This document shows, piece by piece, positions 56,535-64,000 of a stretch of DNA of 64,000 bases (its first letter is position 1; each line of letters begins with the position of its first letter). The notes beneath the pieces were generated by a model, which saw only the letters and a program-made list of their open reading frames with translations, was not told the DNA's origin and made no database searches. The translations under genes were made by a program, and so were the position numbers. The stretch covers positions 310,001 to 374,000 of IMG/VR virus record IMGVR_UViG_3300044797_000098; one strand, written 5' to 3'.

Positions 56535-57491
56535 CTATTTTTCATAGTTTTTATTCAAAAACTTTTTTGCATTTTCAAAATCTTCTATACTACGAATAGT
56601 AATTTCTAAATCATCTGGACAAAAATCTTTACTTACATCTTTCGTAAAACCCTCTATTAGGGGAAGATTAGTATTAGATTTGGTATATATTTTTATTATT
56701 TTTGTTTTAGCGTCAATCGCTATTGATGCAAAATTATCTAACCCGCGCTTGAATATAAAATATAATTCAATTTCTTTTTCTTGTAAATCATTTCCAAGAT
56801 TTAATATATAAGATTTTATATTATCGAAAAGATCTTTGATATTTTTATCCGCTTCGTGTAATTGAATATTGAATGTTTTCGGACTACTATCATCTATTGA
56901 TGCAATATCGTTTCTAATTTCTTGAAGATCGGGTATGGTAGGAGGCAGAATACTTTTCGCCATTTTCGAAGGGCGGTCATTATCAATCGCATTTATTAGT
57001 TCAAGGATCATAAACCCTTCATCGTATTTTTTATACCTAATCAGTTCTATGTTATATTGACTAATCATTTCTGCTGAACGAAGATCATATTTGGTAAAAT
57101 CCTCTGCAATACATAAAATACGCGGACTTTTCCAGTCAATATCATTTATTGAATGATCGGCTAATTGTTCTCTAACAAGTATTTTGAAGTCGCTTTTATG
57201 ATCTAATAGCCATCCTAAATAATATAACCCTTGACTAATTACATTTTCATTTATTGAACGCTTATATTCAATAATAACTGGACATCCGTTTCTGTCTATA
57301 CCAAGCGTATCAATACGACATTTATGTAGTTTCTCTTTTGGATATTCGGTAGCAAGAAACCTAACCCCAAGAAACCCTTCTAAATTAGCTTCAATTGAGG
57401 ACTGTAATGATCTTTCTAACTGAACCGATTTTCCTGTCAATTCTATTATTGAATTATCATCTTTGAACTGGAATAACTTGATATTACTCAT
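56535..57491 (-). CDS. NucS-like PD-(D/E)xK nuclease fused to DUF5655-like domain
   Basis: LE..LQ..IE.N....LGV.FL..EY...IDTLG.D....PVIIEYKR...VISQGL.Y. Confidence 0.8.
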   Translation of the reverse strand: MSNIKLFQFKDDNSIIELTGKSVQLERSLQSSIEANLEGFLGVRFLATEYPKEKLHKCRIDTLGIDRNGCPVIIEYKRSINENVISQGLYYLGWLLDHKSDFKILVREQLADHSINDIDWKSPRILCIAEDFTKYDLRSAEMISQYNIELIRYKKYDEGFMILELINAIDNDRPSKMAKSILPPTIPDLQEIRNDIASIDDSSPKTFNIQLHEADKNIKDLFDNIKSYILNLGNDLQEKEIELYFIFKRGLDNFASIAIDAKTKIIKIYTKSNTNLPLIEGFTKDVSKDFCPDDLEITIRSIEDFENAKKFLNKNYEK

Positions 57492-57553
57492 ATTTTTGAT
57501 GCCATTAGTGCCACAAAAAGATTAATCATTTGACTTAAAAATTAAATAACAAC

Positions 57554-57582
57554 ATTGGGTTATATAAAAAATATAACCCAAT
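57554..57582. terminator. 12-bp perfect inverted repeat (terminator or operator)
   Basis: ATTGGGTTATAT-AAAAA-ATATAACCCAAT. Confidence 0.6.
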
Positions 57583-57610
57583 AATAATTACTATTTTATA
57601 AAATCTCTCC

Positions 57611-57979
57611 CTACGATATCTTCGCTAAATCTTCAACACTCACATACATCTCAATCGCATTCTTTGCGCCTTTGATTAGATCACGCGATATCTTTTCATC
57701 TATTGCATACGAAAGATCTATCATGTATTTTTCAGTCAATCTCCAACCACCATCATTTTCTTTGCTAAACTCATACATAACTTCTTCTTCGGTAGGATCT
57801 CTTCGCAACCACCAACACCAACGACTGTTCATCCGCTTCTTCAATGATGCCCTAATCTTATCCATCGTCTCTTTATATCGTGTTTCTTTTCTTGCTTTCG
57901 CCCAAGCAAGATATTTTTCCGCAACATGAACAACTTCCTTCGGATCCATCTTCACGAGCGATTGATTTGGACAAGTCAT
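57611..57979 (-). CDS. Hypothetical protein
   Basis: GAGG RBS before MTCPN. Confidence 0.65.
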   Translation of the reverse strand: MTCPNQSLVKMDPKEVVHVAEKYLAWAKARKETRYKETMDKIRASLKKRMNSRWCWWLRRDPTEEEVMYEFSKENDGGWRLTEKYMIDLSYAIDEKISRDLIKGAKNAIEMYVSVEDLAKIS

Positions 57980-58110
57980 TTTATTTTCCTCGCAATTTTT
58001 CTCTGATGAAACGGTTCCGTTATCGTTATCCAAAATCCTATTCCACAAAATACCATTGATACAAAAAACCAAGTATTGACAATACTCATTAATATTGTAT
58101 ATATCATAAT

Positions 58111-58302
58111 TTATCCACCAAGCATTGTGGCACTAACTGCCATTGCTATCCATAGCACTAATGTTGCAATCGCAGTTAGCAATGTGAAACCTCCTAACAC
58201 AATTGAAACTTTGTCCTTATTTACAATAGATCGGCTCAACCAAAAAATAGTTGTTGCTAACGCAATTGAATACAAAACAATCATACATATGATCAAAAAC
58301 AT
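58111..58302 (-). CDS. Small membrane protein
   Basis: Two hydrophobic segments. Confidence 0.6.
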   Translation of the reverse strand: MFLIICMIVLYSIALATTIFWLSRSIVNKDKVSIVLGGFTLLTAIATLVLWIAMAVSATMLGG

Positions 58303-58310
58303 TTTTTACC

Positions 58311-58679
58311 TCATTTCAATAACACGCATACATCACATTCACATCGAAGCCAATAATTATTTTGTCTAATCTCGCCCGGTCTTCCGCATCTTTCACAAGT
58401 CTTTGCGCTTTGTGCTTCTGCTTCGTGTATTGCATCATACATCTCTGATGTGCCTGCCGAAAGATAGAAACGAAGCGTTGCAAACTTGGACTTGCATTGG
58501 CTTGCTCTGTGTTTTAATCGTTCTACTTCTGGTAGCGCCAGTATCATCGTTTCAAGTTTCTTACTTAACGCTTCGATCAACAAAAACCAACCATCGCCAA
58601 TACCTTCAAACCCATATCGTAGTTCTGAATATAGATTGGGATATGTTTTGATTAGTTCTTGTTCAAGTTCTTTTTTCAT
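58311..58679 (-). CDS. Conserved hypothetical phage protein with C-terminal Zn finger
   Basis: YP.LY...GDGW..LI...Q.K.KF..LRFY...CERCG.PG...C. Confidence 0.7.
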   Translation of the reverse strand: MKKELEQELIKTYPNLYSELRYGFEGIGDGWFLLIEALSKKLETMILALPEVERLKHRASQCKSKFATLRFYLSAGTSEMYDAIHEAEAQSAKTCERCGRPGEIRQNNYWLRCECDVCVLLK

Positions 58680-58960
58680 TTTGTATCTTTCATATATTCT
58701 TTTCCAATTGCATGCAAGTTCTTTGTTAGCAATTGATCTTGCGTATCATAACTTATATCGATACGAGTAAGTTTTCCTGTGTTCAACTCTCCGCGAGAAA
58801 CACAAAAATAATAACTATAACCTAAATCCTCATCATATTCTTCTTCCAACCAAGCCTTTGCGCCATCAATAACCAGTTCTGGTGAGGAATAAAATCCAAT
58901 ACTAAAATTATCAACTATTCTACTGTCGTCAATAACATCAACCCATAAATAATAAATCAT
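58676..58960 (-). CDS. Hypothetical acidic protein
   Basis: Tiling ORF. Confidence 0.6.
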   Translation of the reverse strand: MIYYLWVDVIDDSRIVDNFSIGFYSSPELVIDGAKAWLEEEYDEDLGYSYYFCVSRGELNTGKLTRIDISYDTQDQLLTKNLHAIGKEYMKDTK

Positions 58961-59562
58961 TGTAGTAAATACCCCGTTCCGTTTTGTCCAACCTTCACCG
59001 TCATCAATCGATCTCTCAACTCTGGCACCAATCGACGAATGTTATTTACTCTTCGTCCAATTGCGTCCCACCATCTTGCAGGAAGTTTTGATCCGTATTG
59101 AGGATACACAACCTTATCGCGAAGTTCTTCCAATGTAATTACTTTTTCGGGATTGGAATAAATATATTCGAACACGAAAAAATCATCATCATTCAATGTT
59201 CGCACACCATTTTTCGATCTGACTTGTCTATTGAACTTATTAATCACGAAGTCTTTTTGACATTGCTTCGTTGTATCTTGCGGAATAATTGGGCGAGAAA
59301 CCTTTACAAGTTTTTGGTTATTGATCATAATTGAGGTTTCTGGGTCTTGTATTTTTTGATCGCTCAATCGTATAAGTTTTGTTTTTATTGGGCACTCCAT
59401 ATTATTATCTTTGTATTTCTTTTTGATTTCTGATACTGCTCTTTTAATTGATTTTAGTTTTACTCGTGTAGGATCTTTGCTAAATTGAGCGAGTTCTTCC
59501 CAATATGCCTCTGGCTTATCTTTGAGAAAATTGATTATATTTTGTTCTTGTTGTGTTAGCAT
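58957..59562 (-). CDS. Winged-helix protein (OmpR-like C-terminal effector fold)
   Basis: L....F.VFEYI..NPEKVIT.EEL..KV...RVNNIRR...VKVG..GYLL. Confidence 0.6.
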   Translation of the reverse strand: MLTQQEQNIINFLKDKPEAYWEELAQFSKDPTRVKLKSIKRAVSEIKKKYKDNNMECPIKTKLIRLSDQKIQDPETSIMINNQKLVKVSRPIIPQDTTKQCQKDFVINKFNRQVRSKNGVRTLNDDDFFVFEYIYSNPEKVITLEELRDKVVYPQYGSKLPARWWDAIGRRVNNIRRLVPELRDRLMTVKVGQNGTGYLLQ

Positions 59563-59895
59563 TTAATTCACCGTTATCATATAAATTATGAACCAAACGA
59601 TTTTACAAACGATATGCAAAATCTGATCTGTATGGATGCTATATTTGCCTTCACATTTGAAAAAATCAATCCAATAATGCGCAACTGTTTCTGCAATACC
59701 GAGCCAAACATTCTGTGTGATCAATGCTACTGCACCACCATGTATTAGGGCGTGGCTTCCCAACCAGTAATAAAATGGGACGGCTTTTTGTAATGGCGTA
59801 TTAGCATTACGATTTTTGTTGATTGCTGTGGCATCGCCCTGCAACGGGAAGTCGCATAAGGCATGCGCAGCAATTAGGAAGAATAGTATTATCAT
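59563..59895 (-). CDS. DUF3307 family membrane protein
   Basis: AH.L.DF.LQ, H.LIHG, HYWID, DQ.LH. Confidence 0.82.
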   Translation of the reverse strand: MIILFFLIAAHALCDFPLQGDATAINKNRNANTPLQKAVPFYYWLGSHALIHGGAVALITQNVWLGIAETVAHYWIDFFKCEGKYSIHTDQILHIVCKIVWFIIYMITVN

Positions 59896-59901
59896 CGGGT
59901 T

Positions 59902-59930
59902 AATGTAAGTCTCCGTGGCTCGGCTGTCAA
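59902..59930 (-). promoter_or_regulatory. Sigma70-type promoter
   Basis: TTGACA-17 bp-TACATT. Confidence 0.75.
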
Positions 59931-60952
59931 GGTATAGCGTTCAATCTTTCAACAACTTCAATTAATACCTCTTTTTCCACCGCAAGATTTATCCTAACCT
60001 TACTCGCATCACCAAAACCTTCTCCATCTGCCACATTGATTTTAGCGTGTTGCAACTTTTGATATTCTTTCCCTTTTCTAAACCAACCAAACATCCCCGG
60101 AATATCAACAATATCTTCCGGCACATCAAGAATATCTTTACGAATAGATTTGATGATTGTCTTGTTTTCAATCAATCCTTCTTGGCATCGTTGAATGAAT
60201 ATATCGTATGTCTCTTTTTGTTCAAGATCGGTTAGCAATTCGAGAACAATACTTTGACTAACTGTCGATACACCGACTGTCATCATTTCCATATATTCTT
60301 GGATATCGTGGTGGAATTGTTCATTACTACAAACCGTATAACCAATCCTTAAACCTGACAAACCTAAAAACTTACTCATTGAATAAATCTGAACATCACC
60401 CAATGCAGGGAAGTCCTTATATGTCGGAAGATAGATTGGGTTGTAATACACCGCGTCATGTATGAATGGAACATTGTTGTCCTTGTGCCATTCAACAAGC
60501 GTTTTTATTCGTTCGGGACAATCGAACATATTACCACACGGATTACCCGGAAGCACTGCAAGATATGCATCATAAGATCGATCCACTGTTTCAAGACCGT
60601 GTGCTTTTAGCAACGGAGGAATTAATGGCCAAACTGGTCTCGTCAATGCTACTCGTTTTTTATTCATTTTATTGAGCGCATATGCCACTGCCCCAAGTGC
60701 ATTCTTCGCCCCATTTGTAATTACGACTGGTGCCTGATGCTTATCTTCCAAAAACTTTACAAGCGGTGGATATCCTGTTGGTGGCTGATATTCACATTTG
60801 TTATTTGAGTATAAATCAACGCTCAACTGATTTTGAGATCGATATAGGTCGAGCGTTGTTAGCAATGCATTACGAACAATATGAGCCTCGCCCACTGACA
60901 AGTCAATAAAACCCTCACCTAATTTTGGAATTGCAAGTAATAAATTACTCAT
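59927..60952 (-). CDS. PLP-dependent aminotransferase class I/II
   Basis: PGNPCG, IHDAVY, SMSK.LGLSGLRIGY, G..FG....VRI. Confidence 0.9.
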   Translation of the reverse strand: MSNLLLAIPKLGEGFIDLSVGEAHIVRNALLTTLDLYRSQNQLSVDLYSNNKCEYQPPTGYPPLVKFLEDKHQAPVVITNGAKNALGAVAYALNKMNKKRVALTRPVWPLIPPLLKAHGLETVDRSYDAYLAVLPGNPCGNMFDCPERIKTLVEWHKDNNVPFIHDAVYYNPIYLPTYKDFPALGDVQIYSMSKFLGLSGLRIGYTVCSNEQFHHDIQEYMEMMTVGVSTVSQSIVLELLTDLEQKETYDIFIQRCQEGLIENKTIIKSIRKDILDVPEDIVDIPGMFGWFRKGKEYQKLQHAKINVADGEGFGDASKVRINLAVEKEVLIEVVERLNAIP

Positions 60953-61233
60953 ATTAGCACCAAGTATTTTTCCATTTCTTTATCATACTTACCGTTCGTG
61001 CATCTACTAACGACACCATATAAATGATGTATTTGTTTTCTATCAATGCCATTGGTCATTCCTCGAACTAAATTACGAGCAACATCCAATCCCTTTTCCT
61101 CATATATTAAAACCGTTGCTTCCCAATAATTACTTGCCATTATGGTCTCGGTAAAATCATCATCAACGATTGTAATATAATATGTCTTATTTGATCCAAG
61201 TGGAGTGTATTTCCAATCATATGATTTTAACAT
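60949..61233 (-). CDS. Small protein, family B, tag EKYLVLI
   Basis: IVDDDFTE..YWEA..YEEKGLDVARNL. Confidence 0.8.
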   Translation of the reverse strand: MLKSYDWKYTPLGSNKTYYITIVDDDFTETIMASNYWEATVLIYEEKGLDVARNLVRGMTNGIDRKQIHHLYGVVSRCTNGKYDKEMEKYLVLI

Positions 61234-61535
61234 AACAACATATACTTTTCTATTTCTTTGTCGTATTTCCCGTTTGATTTTGCCATCATAAAATCATAGT
61301 ATTCCGTTTTAGACCATGCTTTGTTACAGAGTTCCATAACAATCTTATATGTCAATACCAAGTTCTTTGCAACATTCAAGTTTCGTTTTTCATATTCTTG
61401 TATTACCGCTTCCCAATAACTATTAGCGCGAACCAAGGCACAAAAATCAGTATCAGTTATTTCAAAACTGAACCTATACTTATCTGGCATAGGAGGGATT
61501 TCACGATCGTCGAGTAATCTAATTGATTTTAGCAT
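61227..61535 (-). CDS. Small protein, family B, tag EKYMLLC
   Basis: ITDTDF..YWEA..EYEKRNLNVAKNL. Confidence 0.8.
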   Translation of the reverse strand: MLKSIRLLDDREIPPMPDKYRFSFEITDTDFCALVRANSYWEAVIQEYEKRNLNVAKNLVLTYKIVMELCNKAWSKTEYYDFMMAKSNGKYDKEIEKYMLLC

Positions 61536-61825
61536 TATAGCAACATCAAGTATTTTTCGATTTCTTCATCATATATACCGCCAGTAAATTGACTGGCAAG
61601 TTTCCTGTTGTCATTAGACGAACCTTTACTGATCCATTTAATGGCACGCGCTAGATTAGCAGCAATGTTCAGGTTTCTTTTTCCATATTCTAAAACTAAC
61701 GCTTCCCACAAATTATTGGCAATCGTTGTCTCGGTAAAATCAGTATCAATAATAGTAATCATGATTGTCTTACCACCATTTACATATCTATTAGGATTAT
61801 AGTCCCAAGTTATAGATTTGAACAT
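61535..61825 (-). CDS. Small protein, family B, tag EKYLMLL
   Basis: IIDTDFTE..LWEA..EYGKRNLNIAANL. Confidence 0.8.
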   Translation of the reverse strand: MFKSITWDYNPNRYVNGGKTIMITIIDTDFTETTIANNLWEALVLEYGKRNLNIAANLARAIKWISKGSSNDNRKLASQFTGGIYDEEIEKYLMLL

Positions 61826-62112
61826 TATAGCAACATCATATATTTTTGGAGTTCGTCTTTGTATGGTTCAACGCTTGGTATATTATGAATAATATGATTA
61901 TATAAATCCGCAGTAGTTATATTGGGATTACTCCAATTAATAATGGCGCGTGCTAAGTTTTTGGCAACATTAAGATTTCGTTTTTTATACTCTATAACTA
62001 TCGTATCCCATACTGTGTGGGAGTCCGATTTTACTTCGAAGTCATCATCAGTAATAATCCATTCTTTCAAACCAGTGGATGTATTTTCTCTTAGGCTGCA
62101 TTTGATATACAT
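61825..62112 (-). CDS. Small protein, family B, tag QKYMMLL
   Basis: ITDDDFE..VWD..EYKKRNLNVAKNL. Confidence 0.8.
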   Translation of the reverse strand: MYIKCSLRENTSTGLKEWIITDDDFEVKSDSHTVWDTIVIEYKKRNLNVAKNLARAIINWSNPNITTADLYNHIIHNIPSVEPYKDELQKYMMLL

Positions 62113-62115
62113 CTG

Positions 62116-62376
62116 TTATACCAGCATCAAGTATTTATCAACTTCACTTGCATACTTTGCAAACTTTTTTTGGGTTTTATAATTATTCCATGTTTCTAAT
62201 ATCAAGCGGGGCTTCGCCCCGCTGGATCGGGCTCAGTCAATAGTCCTAACGGAAGCAATTCCAATGTATCGTCAACGGCAACGTTGGCAGATACAAGCCC
62301 TTGCCTTTAGGCAAGGGTAGTTGACCTCAATTGGAGATGTATTAGTTTTGATGATTGGTTCAGCGCGGAGGAACAT
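62116..62376 (-). pseudogene. Tagged small gene whose middle is replaced by a mini IS-like element
   Basis: 5' MFLRAEPIIKTNTSPIE (62376-62326); 3' LILETW...KYASEVDKYLMLV-stop (62205-62116). Confidence 0.65.
62206..62325. mobile_element. ~120-bp non-coding IS200/IS605-type remnant (omegaRNA/PATE-like)
   Basis: CAAGCCCTTGCC-TTTA-GGCAAGGGTAGTTGAC end; GCGGGGC-TTC-GCCCCGC hairpin at the other end. Confidence 0.7.
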
Positions 62377-62381
62377 TGTGC

Positions 62382-62762
62382 CTAAAATCTAAAATAGGTA
62401 TCAGTGTTGTTATGCGGATACCAACAACCATACTCATTGGGGCTGATAGAATAGAATACTTTCTTTACTCGTTTTGCTTTTAGTGCATTGGCACAATCGG
62501 GACAAGGACGAGCAATAGCAAGCGAATTATCACGGCGAAGTATTCTAACTACATAAAAGGTTCCGTTAAAATCCACTTTTTTCAGCGTCCTGTATTCGGC
62601 GTGGGCTTTACGATCTGGTTCTGCCACTGGCGAATTGGGAGCACCAACAAGCACGCCGTCATTTCTCACACATAGGGCACCTACTTTGAACGAGCGTTTA
62701 TCGTCTTTGGAAAGAGCAATTTTTACTGCCAGATCAAAATAGTAATGAACGGAATTGCGCAT
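62382..62762 (-). CDS. Cytidine/deoxycytidylate deaminase-like protein
   Basis: KVGAL..., HAE and RPCPDC zinc motifs; start uncertain. Confidence 0.85.
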   Translation of the reverse strand: MRNSVHYYFDLAVKIALSKDDKRSFKVGALCVRNDGVLVGAPNSPVAEPDRKAHAEYRTLKKVDFNGTFYVVRILRRDNSLAIARPCPDCANALKAKRVKKVFYSISPNEYGCWYPHNNTDTYFRF

Positions 62763-62830
62763 CAGGGATAGGTAAGGCTCGGACGCTGGTTTGTCAAGTC
62801 CAGTCAAAAAACTCAATGATATCAAGGCAG

Positions 62831-62903
62831 TCGGCGTGGTAGGGGTCGAACCTACTAATCGAAGAATATAAGTCTTCTGTCTTAACCGTTTGACGACACG
62901 CCG
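62831..62903 (-). tRNA. tRNA-Ile (anticodon UAU)
   Basis: Acceptor CGGCGTG/CACGCCG+A; D stem GTC/GAC; anticodon stem GAAGA/TCTTC with loop CT-TAT-AT; T arm GTAGG-TTCGACC-CCTAC; CCA not encoded. Confidence 0.9.
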
Positions 62904-62916
62904 GTATCACGAAACT

Positions 62917-63264
62917 CTAAAACGCCAACACTTCTTCATCAAAACTTTTTACACCAACATCAACCACTTTCTTATACTCACTAAAAACTTCTGGCAACGG
63001 ATTAGCAGCAACTACTTCAACCTTCTTCACCTCATACCCCAACGCCTTCACCAACGCTTGCCTATCCTTCTCCGCAATCTCAACACCATACTTATTCGGC
63101 AATACCTTCAATGTCTCAGCATCAAAAATCACTCTTGTATTCACTGCAAAATCAGTTAGATACAAAACAAACAACGGAGATCCAATTCTTTGCTTTGCCG
63201 AGATTACATACAATCCGTTCGACAACATCATATTGACTTTTCGATTTTGTTGCTTGTTTTTCAT
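62917..63264 (-). CDS. Hypothetical protein
   Basis: Tiling ORF. Confidence 0.6.
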   Translation of the reverse strand: MKNKQQNRKVNMMLSNGLYVISAKQRIGSPLFVLYLTDFAVNTRVIFDAETLKVLPNKYGVEIAEKDRQALVKALGYEVKKVEVVAANPLPEVFSEYKKVVDVGVKSFDEEVLAF

Positions 63265-63265
63265 A

Positions 63266-63490
63266 TCATTTATCCTTCAATAGCAAGATCATGTTTTCTG
63301 TGTCTTCATACACTTTGAGTAATTCAGGATACTTTTCTTCAACGAATGCTCTCCTGTATGGCGACTTGTCATAACTATAAATACCATAATAACGATCTTT
63401 CACCAATGCACGAATAGCGTCTTTTGGCGATAGTCCTGCTTTCTTTGCCAACTCCATATAACTAATCAATCCCTTATATCGATTACACAT
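63266..63490 (-). CDS. Hypothetical protein
   Basis: Tiling ORF. Confidence 0.6.
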   Translation of the reverse strand: MCNRYKGLISYMELAKKAGLSPKDAIRALVKDRYYGIYSYDKSPYRRAFVEEKYPELLKVYEDTENMILLLKDK

Positions 63491-63714
63491 TACGAGACCA
63501 CATTCATTCCATCAAACCAAGGTAATAGATTAGCATGACGTGTTTCCATATGCTTACGGATCATCATCATATTGTGATATATGTTTCCGTGATGGGCTTC
63601 CTTCATACGATTGCGATATGCTGTTTTAACATTGGCATGATTAATCGATAGATCATACTCCATCGCCTTATCAATATTAAGGATATCCACCGTATCCGTA
63701 TCAACAATAATCAT
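63490..63714 (-). CDS. Hypothetical protein
   Basis: Tiling ORF, TAATG coupling. Confidence 0.6.
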   Translation of the reverse strand: MIIVDTDTVDILNIDKAMEYDLSINHANVKTAYRNRMKEAHHGNIYHNMMMIRKHMETRHANLLPWFDGMNVVS

Positions 63715-63741
63715 AACTAAACCGTTTCTACTGGAACTTTC

Positions 63742-64000
63742 TCAACAACACCGGTAGTCTTTGCCAATTTCGCTCGTTGCTTCTTGGCACCTACCCCCGT
63801 CCCAAGTTTTGCGTCGAGCAGAGCAATCTTCTGCGAAGCGGAAAGGGCAAAGGCTCATGCACGCCATACCAACTTTTTCACTGATAGACATAGCAATCGC
63901 TTTCATAACTTGGCCACCATCTAACATACCTAATGGAAAGCAATTAAACAAGTTTAACATTGCCATCCATCCCGCAGCAGCAGCAAGCATTGGTAATCCA
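63742..64000 (-). CDS. Site-2 protease (M50) family, partial at window edge, aberrant C-terminus
   Basis: LNLFNCFPLGMLDGGQV is the NxxP/LDG motif of S2P. Confidence 0.7.
   Translation of the reverse strand, partial: GLPMLAAAAGWMAMLNLFNCFPLGMLDGGQVMKAIAMSISEKVGMACMSLCPFRFAEDCSARRKTWDGGRCQEATSEIGKDYRCC

Noticed and set aside
58071-58105. Plus-strand TTGACA promoter within the palindrome AGTATTG-A-CAATACT
   Set aside because: The -10 spacing is ambiguous and there is no credible downstream plus-strand gene.
62382-62903. Deaminase editing the adjacent tRNA
   Set aside because: TadA-type editing needs A34 and this tRNA has U34; adjacency alone is not evidence.
231-63159. Most plus-strand ORFs in the track (e.g. 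1091-1435, 2556-3002, 25975-26505, 43729-44331, 48813-49262)
   Set aside because: They are antisense shadows fully overlapping well-supported minus-strand genes and have no motifs.
1-64000. Stop-codon reassignment as in some large phages
   Set aside because: Standard code 11 gives full-length conserved genes ending in TAA, TAG and TGA with tight tiling.

Overview
An AT-rich, densely packed 64 kb segment that looks like the non-structural (early/accessory) region of a large tailed phage. This assignment is inferred from gene content; no virion genes are in the window. Nearly all genes are on the minus strand, often coupled by ATGA/TAATG overlaps and preceded by sigma70-type promoters. Recognisable functions: NAD-dependent DNA ligase, intein-split UvrD helicase, 5'-3' exonuclease/RNase H, full-length GluRS, Pth2-type peptidyl-tRNA hydrolase, a catalytic-core-less IleRS C-terminal fragment, tRNA-Ile(UAU), YeaH/YhbH, macro domain, ATP-grasp, several peptidases, a PLP aminotransferase, a deaminase and a NucS-like nuclease. 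Plus-strand genes are almost all selfish nucleases: a TnpB element with a reconstructable empty site, two GIY-YIGs and a LAGLIDADG. The most striking unexplained signals are: (1) about 44 small proteins from at least five dissimilar families that all end in the same acidic-then-hydrophobic C-terminal peptide (e.g. EKYLLLI-stop); (2) an 11-gene tandem array with hypervariable bodies and a conserved tail; (3) five tandem ~500-aa paralogs with an invariant DIxT(M/I)SMRGIxSCQxW motif; (4) a promoter-driven ~204-nt structured RNA with tmRNA-like topology. All assignments are by motif recognition only; no searches were run.
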